Below are positions 29,565-40,232 of a DNA stretch of 64,000 bases, in pieces. This DNA comes from Candidatus Ozemobacteraceae bacterium (lineage in GTDB: Bacteria; Muiribacteriota; Ozemobacteria; Ozemobacterales; Ozemobacteraceae). Every line of letters starts with the position of its first letter. Positions within the stretch are counted from its first letter, which is position 1. Position numbers and translations under genes: made by a program. The stretch covers positions 3,232,001 through 3,296,000 of the forward strand of contig OZ223236.1 in the NCBI GenBank assembly GCA_965140445.1, in the 5' to 3' direction. The notes beneath the pieces were generated by a model. That model ran no database searches. It had not been told where the DNA came from and saw only the letters and a list, made by a program, of their open reading frames with translations.

Positions 29565-29809
29565 ATAAACCTCAAGGCTCAGTACCCAACAAATTTTTGC
29601 AGAACCCAAAGACTCAGTTGATATTATTTCTTCTGGCTTTGGCTTATATTGTTTCTCCTATTGATTTTATTCCAGATGCAATTGTTGGGTTGGGCTGGGT
29701 TGATGATTTAACAGTTTTTCTTGCCGAGATAGTATCATTTCTGATTTACTTAAAAAATCGCAAAAAACAGTTTGAAAACGAAGCAAAAAATAGAACAGGT
29801 GAAGAATAG
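29561..29809 (+). CDS. YkvA / DUF1232 family membrane protein
   Basis: YIVSPIDFIPDAIVGLGWVDD. Confidence 0.9.
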   Translation: MNKPQGSVPNKFLQNPKTQLILFLLALAYIVSPIDFIPDAIVGLGWVDDLTVFLAEIVSFLIYLKNRKKQFENEAKNRTGEE

Positions 29810-30292
29810 ATGGCCGTTAAGAAACCAACAATCAGACATGAGATTCAAGTCGTAGGATTTTATCTTGGAGAAGATGAATACGCCCTGAATATTAACTGCG
29901 TAAGAGAGATTCAGGCTATGACGGACATACGTAAAGTCCCAAAAGCCCCTCAATTCGTAGAGGGAGTAATCAATCTGCGTGGTCATATTGTTCCAATTAT
30001 TGATTTACGAAAAAGATTCGATCTTGCTTCAAGTCTTAGCAAAGCCAGCGATAAAATTTTGATTGTTGAACTTGATAAAAACCTGGTTGGAATGATTGTT
30101 GATAACGTTTCTGAGGTTATGAGATTTTATACTGATGAAATAGAGAAAACCCCACCGATGTTTTCTGCAAACATTGATTCACAATATATTCAAGGTGTTG
30201 CAAAAATGGATGAGAAATTAATCATTCTTTTAAACGTTGTCAGACTTCTTTCTTTTGAGGAGCAAAGCGTTTTGAAAGGCTTTAAGTCTTAG
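29810..30292 (+). CDS. cheW: Chemotaxis coupling protein CheW
   Basis: VPKAPQFVEGVINLRGHIVPIIDLRKRF, GMIVDNV.EV. Confidence 0.93.
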   Translation: MAVKKPTIRHEIQVVGFYLGEDEYALNINCVREIQAMTDIRKVPKAPQFVEGVINLRGHIVPIIDLRKRFDLASSLSKASDKILIVELDKNLVGMIVDNVSEVMRFYTDEIEKTPPMFSANIDSQYIQGVAKMDEKLIILLNVVRLLSFEEQSVLKGFKS

Positions 30293-30297
30293 AGGCA

Positions 30298-30924
30298 ATG
30301 TCTGATAGTAATTCTTCCAAAAAAGAGAAAAAATGTTGTGGAAATTCCTGTCTTGTAGGCCTTGGTTGTGGTTGTACTTATCCTTTGGCTGCTCTTTTCC
30401 TGGTTTTAATTGCTTCGTGGTTTTATATTGCTGATGCGGTTGAGGCAATCATAACTCCTGTTTCCCCTGGTGTAATTGAGATTTCTCAAGAAAGCTACTG
30501 GAAGCTCCAGGAAAAACGCCTCTCAGGGGAAGGTGAAAAAAATCTGGTTTTAAAGACGGATGAATTTAACGCACTGTTGTCCTCTTGCAGCTTTCCACCT
30601 TTCTATGGAGTATTTGTCCAGAAACTCCGCTATCGTTATGAAAAAAATCCGGTTTTCCTTTTTGTTGGTTCAGGCTGGTTTATGAGAAAACTTTTAATAA
30701 AGGTAGAAGTTTTGAGTTCTGCACCAGGCGAGTATCTTCCCGGAAATATATATGTTAATTCCTATAAATTGCCCGCTACAGGACTCATTAGAAAGGTTTT
30801 TAGCGCAAAGGTTTCACAATTTTTGAAAGAGAATCTGAAAAACTGGGATATGATTTTGTCATCAAAAGGCAAAATCAGCTTCACAAAAGACGAAGTCAGT
30901 ATTGATCGGGAATTACTGAAATAG
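30298..30924 (+). CDS. Hypothetical membrane-anchored protein
   Basis: 208-aa ORF; Cys-rich start (CCGNSCLVGLGCGC) followed by one TM helix. Confidence 0.6.
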   Translation: MSDSNSSKKEKKCCGNSCLVGLGCGCTYPLAALFLVLIASWFYIADAVEAIITPVSPGVIEISQESYWKLQEKRLSGEGEKNLVLKTDEFNALLSSCSFPPFYGVFVQKLRYRYEKNPVFLFVGSGWFMRKLLIKVEVLSSAPGEYLPGNIYVNSYKLPATGLIRKVFSAKVSQFLKENLKNWDMILSSKGKISFTKDEVSIDRELLK

Positions 30925-30939
30925 GGCATAGAATTGGTT

Positions 30940-31950
30940 TTATAACCTTTCTATGTTTCCATTTCTACTAAGATAAATTGGATGTTTCCAGGCCAAAATA
31001 AGCTCTTTAAGATCCGAGATATTCCATCCATGGTGACTCAATTGAAGGTTTTCAATTTCTCCGACCAACAAAGCCTCCCAGGGATATGCTTCTTTTGGGC
31101 GACAATCGGCTGAGAACTCAGCGAAGTGAGAGTAAATCTTGCTGAATTCAAGTTCTTCATTGCCAATTTTGATCTTCGCTCCAGGTCTTAAGCCATCCTG
31201 GCTACCGAGATTGATTAAACATTTTAAGGAATTTTTTAAATGACCTACCGGGTAAGCAACAACCCCAATTGATATCGCAAGATTAAAATTAAGAGAACTG
31301 CTAACACCAAGGCAGTTAAACCCAGAGATAGCAATATCAGCTGGTCGTTCTGATTTATAACTTTCGCTGGTTATGCAAATTAAATCAGCAATGTTATTTT
31401 CACTTTTAATCGTTTTTAAAAGGCGATCCATTTTTTGGTCGTTTTTAAAATAACTTTCTACAAAAACCCCTTTAAATTCAACGTTAGGAAGATAATTGGC
31501 TTTTTCTATTACCTCTAAGCTTCCAAAACTCCCCTGATTAAATTCCTCTTCGCTACTTTTAATATTAATAATAAAGGGTAGATTCTGGCCCGTTTGCTGG
31601 CCCATATTGGATAGAAACAGTGCTTCCTGGTAAGATGATATGATTGGAGTAGAAATTTCACTGGCGAAGCCCAGATCCTTTTCAAAACGAATTGGGCCGA
31701 AATATCTTTTTATCTCATGCATTCCTGTTTCAGGTAAATTGGCTGGAAATCTTGAATATAAGCTAGAAACACCTGCTTTCAGTAATTCTTCGCTATATTT
31801 TTCCCAGAACGCCCTGATGGGTGGTAGGCCAACGTCTAAAACAGAATTTGACGGAAAAATCTTTTGAACATTTGAAATTACAGAATCAAAATCGATTATT
31901 AAGGCTGCCTCAGAATTCCCTGGGAATCTATGCAGTTTCATCGGCAACAC
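30940..31950 (-). CDS. Degenerate alanine-racemase-like protein
   Basis: AALIIDFDSVISNV (cf. AEIDL.AI.HN), FIINIKS, LPNVEFKGVF, INLGSQDG (cf. IGYADG); no VK.xAYGHG motif. Confidence 0.45.
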   Translation of the reverse strand: MLPMKLHRFPGNSEAALIIDFDSVISNVQKIFPSNSVLDVGLPPIRAFWEKYSEELLKAGVSSLYSRFPANLPETGMHEIKRYFGPIRFEKDLGFASEISTPIISSYQEALFLSNMGQQTGQNLPFIINIKSSEEEFNQGSFGSLEVIEKANYLPNVEFKGVFVESYFKNDQKMDRLLKTIKSENNIADLICITSESYKSERPADIAISGFNCLGVSSSLNFNLAISIGVVAYPVGHLKNSLKCLINLGSQDGLRPGAKIKIGNEELEFSKIYSHFAEFSADCRPKEAYPWEALLVGEIENLQLSHHGWNISDLKELILAWKHPIYLSRNGNIERL

Positions 31951-33265
31951 CTTCTGTTACCTTTACTTCAGGGTTTTGATCATTGTTGCTGTTTTTTACA
32001 AGACTTTTTTCTTTTAAAGAAGCATGTTTGGCAGCATCAAGGCTTTCGTAATCTCTTACATCATACCCCATGAGTTCAGTTCCCTTTTTGCAAATCTGTT
32101 CATAAATCATATCAAGAAGATCTTCTTCTGTTCTTCCTGCTTCAAGTTCAGCTTTTGTATCAATTGGTTTCATAAATGCTGCGCACATTTTTGCCGGGCG
32201 AGGGAAAGATTTTCCTTCAGGTGTGAGAAGATGTGACCCACCAATATATGCTGGTATTATAGGAATTCTCTTTTTAGTGGCAAATCTAATTGCTCCAGCT
32301 TTAAATTCAGAAACTTTTCCTTCAAGGTTACGAGTACCTTCAGGGAAAATTCCTAGATTGTTTCCATCATTTAAGATCTTCATAGCCTTGCGAATGGCTT
32401 GAGAATCTGGCTTGGAACGATCCACAGGGAAAGAAAGAACCTTACGCAGATACCAGCCAGAAAAGGGATTCTCAAAGGCTTCTTTTTTAACCATTATGAA
32501 AAGTTCTCGCTTAGAAGCTCCGGCAAGGATGAAGCCATCCATTACTGAAGCATGATTGGCAACAATAACAAATGGGCCTTTTTCAGGGATATTTTCTTGT
32601 CCGGTTACGGTGAACCTATTGTAGATTTTAAAGAAATAGTAACTTCCATAGGCAGATAATCTATAAAGCCAGACAGATGGTTGAGCTTCAGCAAATTTTC
32701 CATCGTTTCCACCTTTTTTACCAAGCAGAAATTTAAGGCTTTTATAGATAATAAGAGCAAGCAATACAATTGCGATAAAGGGGAAAAGAATTGCTGCCAA
32801 AGAAGCAGCTAAAGTTACAACATCTTCAATAATCCCGATTATGGGATTACCAAGTCCGCCGGTTGCTGCAGTAGAGGACATTCTAACTCCGGTTTTACCG
32901 GCGTGGACAGTTAGAGTTGCTGTTTCAGCAAATACTAGTGCTACCAGCAGATAAAACCAATGTTGATCCCCAGGAATTAAGGCAAAAGTCAAAATCCCAG
33001 AAAAAATAAACTTGGCGGGAAGATTAATCTGATCAAGAAGGTGATCAACCCAGGGTATCTTGTCTCCAAGAAATTCTATCAGAACAGCTACACCTAAAGC
33101 GGCTAATACAGGATCGCTTGCCAGGAAGGCAAACCCGGAATTAATTTGCACATATTCTGGTAAGAATTTGTACAAAAGACCAAGAATAAACGGCGGTAAA
33201 AAAGCTCTAAAGCCGGTTACAGCTGAGAGACATAGTCCTGTAAATACTGGTAATATCCATTCCAT
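31928..33265 (-). CDS. DUF4126 membrane domain fused to a 1-acyl-sn-glycerol-3-phosphate acyltransferase domain
   Basis: N-terminus GFRAFLP...EFLGDKIPWVDHLLD...GLGNPIIGIIED; C-terminus NHASVMD, FPVDR, IFPEGTR, IIPAYI. Confidence 0.85.
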   Translation of the reverse strand: MEWILPVFTGLCLSAVTGFRAFLPPFILGLLYKFLPEYVQINSGFAFLASDPVLAALGVAVLIEFLGDKIPWVDHLLDQINLPAKFIFSGILTFALIPGDQHWFYLLVALVFAETATLTVHAGKTGVRMSSTAATGGLGNPIIGIIEDVVTLAASLAAILFPFIAIVLLALIIYKSLKFLLGKKGGNDGKFAEAQPSVWLYRLSAYGSYYFFKIYNRFTVTGQENIPEKGPFVIVANHASVMDGFILAGASKRELFIMVKKEAFENPFSGWYLRKVLSFPVDRSKPDSQAIRKAMKILNDGNNLGIFPEGTRNLEGKVSEFKAGAIRFATKKRIPIIPAYIGGSHLLTPEGKSFPRPAKMCAAFMKPIDTKAELEAGRTEEDLLDMIYEQICKKGTELMGYDVRDYESLDAAKHASLKEKSLVKNSNNDQNPEVKVTEGVADETA

Positions 33266-33278
33266 AGCGATTCTTCTT

Positions 33279-34238
33279 TCAGTAGTTCACTTTCTGCAAG
33301 ATTCTTTCAATTACAATATTATTTTCACGGGAAAATTCGATGGCCAAATTGTACTCAGTCAATGCCTGTTCTTTCAACTTTAATTTTGAATAAATATCTC
33401 CCAGATCTTCATGGATAACCACCTTCCATTCGTTGCTTATTGAATCTCCGCATTTTTGCAGTATTCTTTTATAGCGAATTATGGCGGCAAATGATAAACC
33501 AAGATCTGCAATCTGTCTTGCTGTCAAAATGTAAGGTGAAGGGTAGTTTTTGCTGCCTTTAAGTGGCGCGGCAAGAATTTCTGCGCTTTGATCCAGATTT
33601 TGAACCGCAGATTTCAGCTTTCCCTCGGCAACCTGTTTTTCTGCCATGTTTTTTAAAGCTGAACTAGCACGGATTGAATTATCAATCACATCCTGATCTG
33701 TATTTGATGAAGTTTCTACTTCAATGCTGGCAGGGATTGCCATGAAAGTTTCTTCATTAAAAATTTCCGGTTCTTCAAGCATTTGTCTGGAGAAACCTAG
33801 AGTTCTTCCAAAAATTCCAACATTTTTGTAGAGTAATTTTCTTTGTAGCTTAAGTAATTCATTGTCAATCCATCCTCTAAAGAGCGGATCGTCAGCATAT
33901 TTTCTTTCTTCCAGGAGAAGGGTTTCAGCAAGTTTTTCACGACCAAAGTGAGTTGCCACAAAATACATTGCTATACCATAAAAGGTTTGCTCAAGTTCTT
34001 GCCCACCAGTTATTTGAGAAGCTGCAAGATACACCTGAGTTTGAATGGCCTGAAAAAAAATAAAAGGATCTAGCCTATACAATTCAGGGTTAATTTCCAG
34101 ATTGGATATAGAGGTTTTCACAACCTTTTCCAATACCTTTTTTTCGAGCCGGTATGGTTGAGCAAAGGTGGAACTCATAAAAGTTCCTGAATAGATGAAT
34201 ACAAAGGTTAGCAAAATAAGTTTTATAAAACTTTTCAC
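33279..34238 (-). CDS. Exported hypothetical protein with C-terminal TPR-like repeat
   Basis: Signal-like N-terminus; HEDLGDIYSKL...ALTEYNLAI. Confidence 0.6.
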   Translation of the reverse strand: MKSFIKLILLTFVFIYSGTFMSSTFAQPYRLEKKVLEKVVKTSISNLEINPELYRLDPFIFFQAIQTQVYLAASQITGGQELEQTFYGIAMYFVATHFGREKLAETLLLEERKYADDPLFRGWIDNELLKLQRKLLYKNVGIFGRTLGFSRQMLEEPEIFNEETFMAIPASIEVETSSNTDQDVIDNSIRASSALKNMAEKQVAEGKLKSAVQNLDQSAEILAAPLKGSKNYPSPYILTARQIADLGLSFAAIIRYKRILQKCGDSISNEWKVVIHEDLGDIYSKLKLKEQALTEYNLAIEFSRENNIVIERILQKVNY

Positions 34239-34355
34239 TGTAAGCCCCCCAGCAACTTATATATATGTAACTTACTTGAAACAAAAGGTTTTTTCAATTG
34301 TTTCAACCGAAAATTAGTTATTCGGTTTAATTTATCTGTGCACAAAATTATACTT

Positions 34356-35789
34356 TCAAATTCTTTTTTGAGCGAACTCCACAGCTTCTTCCCGGCTATT
34401 TAATTCGCCAAGAAATTGCGCTTCTTTAACTGCAGCCAGGATTTCTTTAAATTTAGGCCCAGGTTTCAAACCTAATCCAATGAGGTCTTTTCCGCTAATT
34501 AGGGTAGGGGCTTGTGGCTTTTCCATTTGAGTGTAAAAAGCCTGCATTATTTCAAGTATTCCCGCTTCAAATTCTTTCAGATCCTTTTCGCTTAGAGTTC
34601 CCATTGCTGAAAGCCGATCTGCCAGTGATAATAAAGATATTGCAACACCTTCACGGCCCGTTTCAGTGTAAAACTTAAATAGGCGGCGATCATTAATCCC
34701 TTGTTGAACCATTACCCCTGGTCGCATGTGGTTTTTCACTACAAGTTGTAAAAAGCTTGATTCAGCAGAAGAAAGCCTCATGCGATCGGCAATCTTTCTA
34801 ATCAGTCGAACTCCTTCCATTTCGTGACCATGAAAAATTACTTTTTTCTTTTCTTCCCGTTTAGTAGTGGGTTTTCCAAGGTCATGAAGAAGGCAGCCAA
34901 GCTTAAAAGCTTCGAGATAAGTTCTGCTTCCTGATATATGTTCATTTAAAAAGTTCTTAAACTTCGGCCACCATGGGAAATCAAAGCCTTTAATCAGAAG
35001 TTCTTCCAGATTTTTTAATGCGTACAAACTATGATGGAAAACATCCAGGTGATGCCATTCATTTTGTTCTACGCCCATACACCGATTCAATTCTGGTAGA
35101 AAATATTTTAAGACACCAGCTTTTTGAAGCATTTCTATCCATTTGTGTGAATTAGAAACTCCAAGAATCTTAAAAAACTCATCGCGAATTCTTTCGTTGG
35201 AAACCCCATCCAGAAGACTTGAGTCTCTCTGTATCAACGTAAAAAGTGATTCAGAGAGTTCGGCGTCAAATAAAGCTGCAAACCTAAAACCCCGCATCAT
35301 CCGCAGAGGATCTTCTACAAAAGCATGATCTGTGCATGCTTCAATACGATTTGCTTTTAAAGCTTCATATCCATTTAAAGGGTCAAAAATTGTTAATTCC
35401 GGACTGGTTAAAGGCTTCTCTAAACGAGCTGCAATAGCATTAATAGTGAAATCCCTTTCAATGAGATCTTCTTCAATGCTATCGGCTCTAAATCCAGCCA
35501 AATCAATAGTGTAGTGCAATGAGTTTACGGTTTTTACAACTCGCACAACTCTTCTTTCATCGTCGAGAACAACAAAACCGGATCTGGTTTTATGAGCAAA
35601 TTTTTTGGCTCTTTCCACTGGATCGAAAGAAGTGGCGATATCAAGATCAAAAACTTCGCGGCCAAGAATAATATCTCTGATGGTGCCGCCTACGAGCCAG
35701 AATTCATCTTCAGGTTCTATGTCTAAATAGTACAAAGCCTCCCGCAGAAGCTTAAAAGCTATCTGCGGGAGCGTTATTTTTTTATGCAT
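34356..35789 (-). CDS. tRNA nucleotidyltransferase (class II) with HD domain, probably CC-adding
   Basis: VGGTIRD...DLDIA, ERDFTINAIA, EDPLRMMRGFRF, ERIRDEF, LLHDLGKP, ISGKDL. Confidence 0.88.
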   Translation of the reverse strand: MHKKITLPQIAFKLLREALYYLDIEPEDEFWLVGGTIRDIILGREVFDLDIATSFDPVERAKKFAHKTRSGFVVLDDERRVVRVVKTVNSLHYTIDLAGFRADSIEEDLIERDFTINAIAARLEKPLTSPELTIFDPLNGYEALKANRIEACTDHAFVEDPLRMMRGFRFAALFDAELSESLFTLIQRDSSLLDGVSNERIRDEFFKILGVSNSHKWIEMLQKAGVLKYFLPELNRCMGVEQNEWHHLDVFHHSLYALKNLEELLIKGFDFPWWPKFKNFLNEHISGSRTYLEAFKLGCLLHDLGKPTTKREEKKKVIFHGHEMEGVRLIRKIADRMRLSSAESSFLQLVVKNHMRPGVMVQQGINDRRLFKFYTETGREGVAISLLSLADRLSAMGTLSEKDLKEFEAGILEIMQAFYTQMEKPQAPTLISGKDLIGLGLKPGPKFKEILAAVKEAQFLGELNSREEAVEFAQKRI

Positions 35790-37241
35790 TTATTCAGGTC
35801 TTTTATAGTAATTTATGTCCGGCTTTCGAGCTGCCGTAGCTTCATCTAACCTGCGAACAGGAGTGCTCAAAGGTGCCTGTCTCAAGTTTTCTGGATTAGT
35901 TTTGGCTTCTTCTGCGATTTTTTCGAGAATATCCATAAACTTATCCAAAATTTGTTTACTTTCAGTTTCTGTTGGTTCCAACATCATTGATTCTTCAACG
36001 ATCAGCGGAAAGTAAATGGTTGGTGCGTGATAACCATAATCCAACAATCGCTTGGCGATATCAAGTGTTTTAATACCATATTCAGCGAAGGTCTTTCCAG
36101 ACAGAACGAACTCGTGTTTGCAATACCTGTCAAAAGGAAGTTTGAAAGTCTTTTTCAATCTTTCCATCATGTAGTTGGCATTTAAAACCGCGTTTGCAGA
36201 AACATCTTTCAGGCCCTCTGCGCCATTTACCATAATGTAAGTGAAAGCTCTAACCAAAACAGAGAAGTTACCAATTGAAGCCAGAACAGGTCCAACAGAT
36301 TCTCTGCATTTGGTGTTCAATTTGTATTTCTTGCCATCAAATACAATTCTTGGGTTAGGCAGGAAAGCTTCAAGGTGCTTTTTAACACCAACTGGTCCCG
36401 CGCCTGGTCCGCCGCCACCATGTGGAGTGGAGAAGGTTTTATGAAGATTGAGATGAACGATGTCAAAGCCCATATCTCCAGGTCTTGTCCAGCCCATGAT
36501 CGCGTTCAGGTTTGCGCCGTCATAATATACAAGGCCATCAACTGAATGAATTAAACTTGCCAATTCACCAATATTCTCATCAAACAAGCCGAGAGTATTA
36601 GGATTGGTGATCATCAAACCAGCTATATCAGGAGCGATTTTAGCTTTCAGATCTTCCATGTCGATGCTGCCGCGTTCATCTGATTTGATATTTACTACTT
36701 CATAACCAGCCATTGAACAGGAAGCAGGGTTGGTGCCATGGCCACTGTCAGGAATCATAATTTTAGTTTTATGGTTTCCCTTTTTCTTGTGGTATGCCTT
36801 CATAATCAGCAACCCAGTAAGTTCGCCCTGAGCTCCAGCAGCTGGCTGAAGGGTCATCGCGTCCATTCCTGAGATTTCAGCAAGTTCGTTTTCAAGGGTT
36901 TTGAGCATTTCTAATGCACCTTGAACCGTATCATCTGGCTGATGTGGGTGAAGATGAGCAAATCCAGGAAGTCTGGCCATGTTTTCGTTCAGCTTGGGAT
37001 TGTATTTCATGGTACAAGATCCAAGCGGATAGAAGCCAACATCCACGCCATGGTTCATTCTCGACAGACGCGTGAAGTGTCTGACAACTTCGATTTCTGC
37101 CAATGAAGGCAAATCAAGATCTTGTCTAATAAACCTTGCAGGAATATGGTCCGTAGGATCTACAGTTGGAACATCCAGCTTCGGAAGGGTATAACCTCTT
37201 CTGCCTTCAGTCGAAACTTCAAAAATTAAGGGTTCAGTCAT
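35790..37241 (-). CDS. gcvPB: Glycine dehydrogenase (decarboxylating) subunit 2
   Basis: [47 protein letters not shown]. Confidence 0.97.
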   Translation of the reverse strand: MTEPLIFEVSTEGRRGYTLPKLDVPTVDPTDHIPARFIRQDLDLPSLAEIEVVRHFTRLSRMNHGVDVGFYPLGSCTMKYNPKLNENMARLPGFAHLHPHQPDDTVQGALEMLKTLENELAEISGMDAMTLQPAAGAQGELTGLLIMKAYHKKKGNHKTKIMIPDSGHGTNPASCSMAGYEVVNIKSDERGSIDMEDLKAKIAPDIAGLMITNPNTLGLFDENIGELASLIHSVDGLVYYDGANLNAIMGWTRPGDMGFDIVHLNLHKTFSTPHGGGGPGAGPVGVKKHLEAFLPNPRIVFDGKKYKLNTKCRESVGPVLASIGNFSVLVRAFTYIMVNGAEGLKDVSANAVLNANYMMERLKKTFKLPFDRYCKHEFVLSGKTFAEYGIKTLDIAKRLLDYGYHAPTIYFPLIVEESMMLEPTETESKQILDKFMDILEKIAEEAKTNPENLRQAPLSTPVRRLDEATAARKPDINYYKRPE

Positions 37242-38580
37242 TTAAAAACCCTCCCAGCATTGCGCAATATTCATCGATCTCAGCTTTTGTGCGCTTTTCG
37301 GTAACAGCGACAAGCACGTGATCTTTAAGATTAGAAAACCATTTGTCCAGTGGAACACCAGCGAAGATGCCTTTGCGGGCCATTTTGCCTAGAACCTTGC
37401 GGGCTTCTGGAATTTTAATCACGAATTCATTGAAGAAGCTGCCTGTGAATGGGAATTCAACTTTGCTGATATTCTGAAGTTCACGTTTCATGTAGTGAGC
37501 TTTCTGGAAACAGTGATCAGCCACTTCTTTAAGTCCTGTTTTTCCCATCAGGCTCAAGTAAATAGTAGCATTGAGGGCAAGAAGAGCCTGGTTTGAGCAG
37601 ATGTTACTGCTGGCCTTTTCCCTGCGAATATGCTGTTCACGAGCTTGAAGAGTAAGAACAAAACCTCTTTTACCATCAACGTCTTTGGTTACGCCAACGA
37701 TTCTGCCTGGCATTTTGCGAAGCAGTTCTTTTTTTGCAGCCAGAAATCCCAGATAAGGTCCGCCATATTGCATTGGAATGCCAAGTGGCTGGCCTTCGCC
37801 GGTAACAATGTCTGCACCAAGTTCGCCGGGAGCTTCGATCAGTCCAAGTGAGATTGGATTGGTTGAAACTATAGACAACGCGCCATTTTCATGGGCTACT
37901 TCAGAGATTTTTTCAATATCTTCAATTGTTCCGAAGAAGTTTGGATATTGCATTACCACAGCAGCTGTGTTGCCGTCGATATGATCGCGAACTTTGTTAA
38001 AGTCACAAACTCCGTCTTCATAAGGAACGAAAACGACTTCAGTTCCAAGGGTGCCGTTTAATGTGCTGATAACTCTTCTGTATTCTGGATTAACAGTCTG
38101 TAGAACCAGAACGCGGTTTTTGCGTTTCTGGCTGGTTGCCATATTAATGGCTTCCACAAGAGCTGTAGAACCTTCATACATTGAGGCATTGGACTGGTCC
38201 ATACCTGTGAGGGTGCAGATTAAACTCTGGAACTCATATATTGATTGAAGAGTGCCTTGTGAAATCTCTGGCTGATAGGGGGTATAAGCGGTAAAAAAGT
38301 CGCCGCGTAAGAGAATGTGATCAATAACCGCCGGGATTACATGATCATAAGCTCCTGCGCCAAGGAAACAAACAGCTTTATCACTGGATGTATTCTTGTC
38401 AGATAATGCGGTAACTTTCTTTTGGGTTTCTAACTCGCTTAAACCCTCAGGAATATTTAAACCACCCTGGAGCCGAAGCTCCGGTGGTATTTCGGCAAAG
38501 AGGTCGTCTATGGTTTTAACACCTATGGCCTCTAACATTTCCTGAATTTCTTCAGGAGTAGCTGGAATATACGTGGCCAT
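37234..38580 (-). CDS. gcvPA: Glycine dehydrogenase (decarboxylating) subunit 1
   Basis: [45 protein letters not shown]. Confidence 0.97.
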   Translation of the reverse strand: MATYIPATPEEIQEMLEAIGVKTIDDLFAEIPPELRLQGGLNIPEGLSELETQKKVTALSDKNTSSDKAVCFLGAGAYDHVIPAVIDHILLRGDFFTAYTPYQPEISQGTLQSIYEFQSLICTLTGMDQSNASMYEGSTALVEAINMATSQKRKNRVLVLQTVNPEYRRVISTLNGTLGTEVVFVPYEDGVCDFNKVRDHIDGNTAAVVMQYPNFFGTIEDIEKISEVAHENGALSIVSTNPISLGLIEAPGELGADIVTGEGQPLGIPMQYGGPYLGFLAAKKELLRKMPGRIVGVTKDVDGKRGFVLTLQAREQHIRREKASSNICSNQALLALNATIYLSLMGKTGLKEVADHCFQKAHYMKRELQNISKVEFPFTGSFFNEFVIKIPEARKVLGKMARKGIFAGVPLDKWFSNLKDHVLVAVTEKRTKAEIDEYCAMLGGFLND

Positions 38581-38603
38581 TAATTATCTCCTGATAATTT
38601 AAA

Positions 38604-38963
38604 TTATTCGCAAATCTTTTTGTAATCGTCTTCTGAAAGCATCGCTTCGTATTCAGCTTTATCATCGAATTTGATTTCCATGATCCAGCCTTTTCCGAAT
38701 GGGTCTTCATTGATGAGAGCTGCATTTGCTTCCAGTTCTTCGTTAACAGCAACGATTTCGCCGCTTACTGGGGCATACATATCAGAAACAGTTTTTACTG
38801 ATTCGATAGTTCCCATTGAATCGCCTGCTGCGAATTTATCGCCAACAGCTGGAACTTCTACAAAAACTACGTCGCCAAGTTGATTGGCTGCATAATCAGT
38901 GATTCCAACAATTACTTTATCGCCTTCAAGTTTCGCCCATTCGTGATCTTTTGAAAATTTCAT
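38604..38963 (-). CDS. gcvH: Glycine cleavage system H protein
   Basis: HEW, GITDYA..QLGDVVFV, lipoyl-Lys motif IESVKTVSD, NEDPFG.GW. Confidence 0.97.
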   Translation of the reverse strand: MKFSKDHEWAKLEGDKVIVGITDYAANQLGDVVFVEVPAVGDKFAAGDSMGTIESVKTVSDMYAPVSGEIVAVNEELEANAALINEDPFGKGWIMEIKFDDKAEYEAMLSEDDYKKICE

Positions 38964-38985
38964 GTTAATCTCCTAGCTTTGAAAA

Positions 38986-40230
38986 TTAAATTTTGTAGAG
39001 TGGGAATTTTTCACAGATGCCATTAACTTTGGCTTTTACAGATTTGAGAACTTCTTCGTTTTCAGGATCTGAAAGCACTTCGTCGATCAAGGCAGCAATC
39101 TGCTTCATTACTTCCGGAGTCATTCCTCTGGTAGTTACGGCCGGAGTTCCGATTCTGAGGCCGGATGTCACGAAAGGCGACTGAGGATCATTAGGGATAG
39201 TATTCTTATTAACGGTAATGCCAGCTTTATCAAGGGCTTTTTCAGCAAGCTTTCCGGTAATATTCTTGTTTCTTACATCTATTAGCATCAGATGGTTGTC
39301 TGTGCCGTCAGATACAAGTCTGAAACCTTTTTCTTTAAGGGCTTCCGCGAGTGCAGATGCATTTTCAATAACTTTCTTCTGATATTCTTTGAAGGAAGGT
39401 TCAAGCGCTTCTTTGAAAGCCACCGCTTTTGCAGCGATGACGTGCATAAGAGGTCCGCCCTGCAAACCAGGAAAGATCGCTTTATCAATAGCTTTTGCCC
39501 ATTTTTCTTTACAAAGAATCAAACCACCACGAGGTCCTCTAAGGGTCTTGTGAGTAGTTGAAGTTACGAAGTCAGCATAAGGAATTGGGCTAGGATGCAA
39601 TCCAGCAGCTACAAGACCAGCAATATGAGCCATATCAACACACATTACAGCTTCAACTTCGTCACAAATCTTTTTGATTCTTTCGAAATCAATGATTCTT
39701 GGATAAGCAGACGCGCCAACCATAATCATTTTAGGTTTGTTTTCAATTGCTAATTCACGAATTGAATCATAATCAATGGTTTCTGTGTCATCAGAAACTC
39801 CATAAGGAATTACGTTATATAGAATTCCGCTGAAGTTAACCGGGCTACCATGAGTAAGATGTCCACCGTTTGAAAGGTTCATACCAAGGAAAGTTTCGCC
39901 GGGTTTCATTACAGCCTGATATACAGCCATGTTGGCCTGGCTTCCAGAGTGTGGCTGCACGTTAGCATGTTCAGCACCAAAAAGTTCCTTGATGCGATCT
40001 CTGGCTATATTTTCGGCTTCATCAACTACTTCACAACCGCCATAATATCTTTTTCCAGGATAACCTTCGGCGTATTTGTTCGTTAAAACTGATCCAAGAG
40101 CTTCCATTACAGCTTCAGATACAAAATTTTCTGAAGCGATAAGCTCGATTTGGGTCATCTGGCGCTCTTTTTCACGCTTGATGATTTCAAAAAGTTCAGG
40201 ATCAAATTTCTTAATATTTTCCATTTCCAT
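38986..40230 (-). CDS. glyA: Serine hydroxymethyltransferase
   Basis: [47 protein letters not shown]. Confidence 0.98.
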   Translation of the reverse strand: MEMENIKKFDPELFEIIKREKERQMTQIELIASENFVSEAVMEALGSVLTNKYAEGYPGKRYYGGCEVVDEAENIARDRIKELFGAEHANVQPHSGSQANMAVYQAVMKPGETFLGMNLSNGGHLTHGSPVNFSGILYNVIPYGVSDDTETIDYDSIRELAIENKPKMIMVGASAYPRIIDFERIKKICDEVEAVMCVDMAHIAGLVAAGLHPSPIPYADFVTSTTHKTLRGPRGGLILCKEKWAKAIDKAIFPGLQGGPLMHVIAAKAVAFKEALEPSFKEYQKKVIENASALAEALKEKGFRLVSDGTDNHLMLIDVRNKNITGKLAEKALDKAGITVNKNTIPNDPQSPFVTSGLRIGTPAVTTRGMTPEVMKQIAALIDEVLSDPENEEVLKSVKAKVNGICEKFPLYKI

Positions 40231-40232
40231 TC

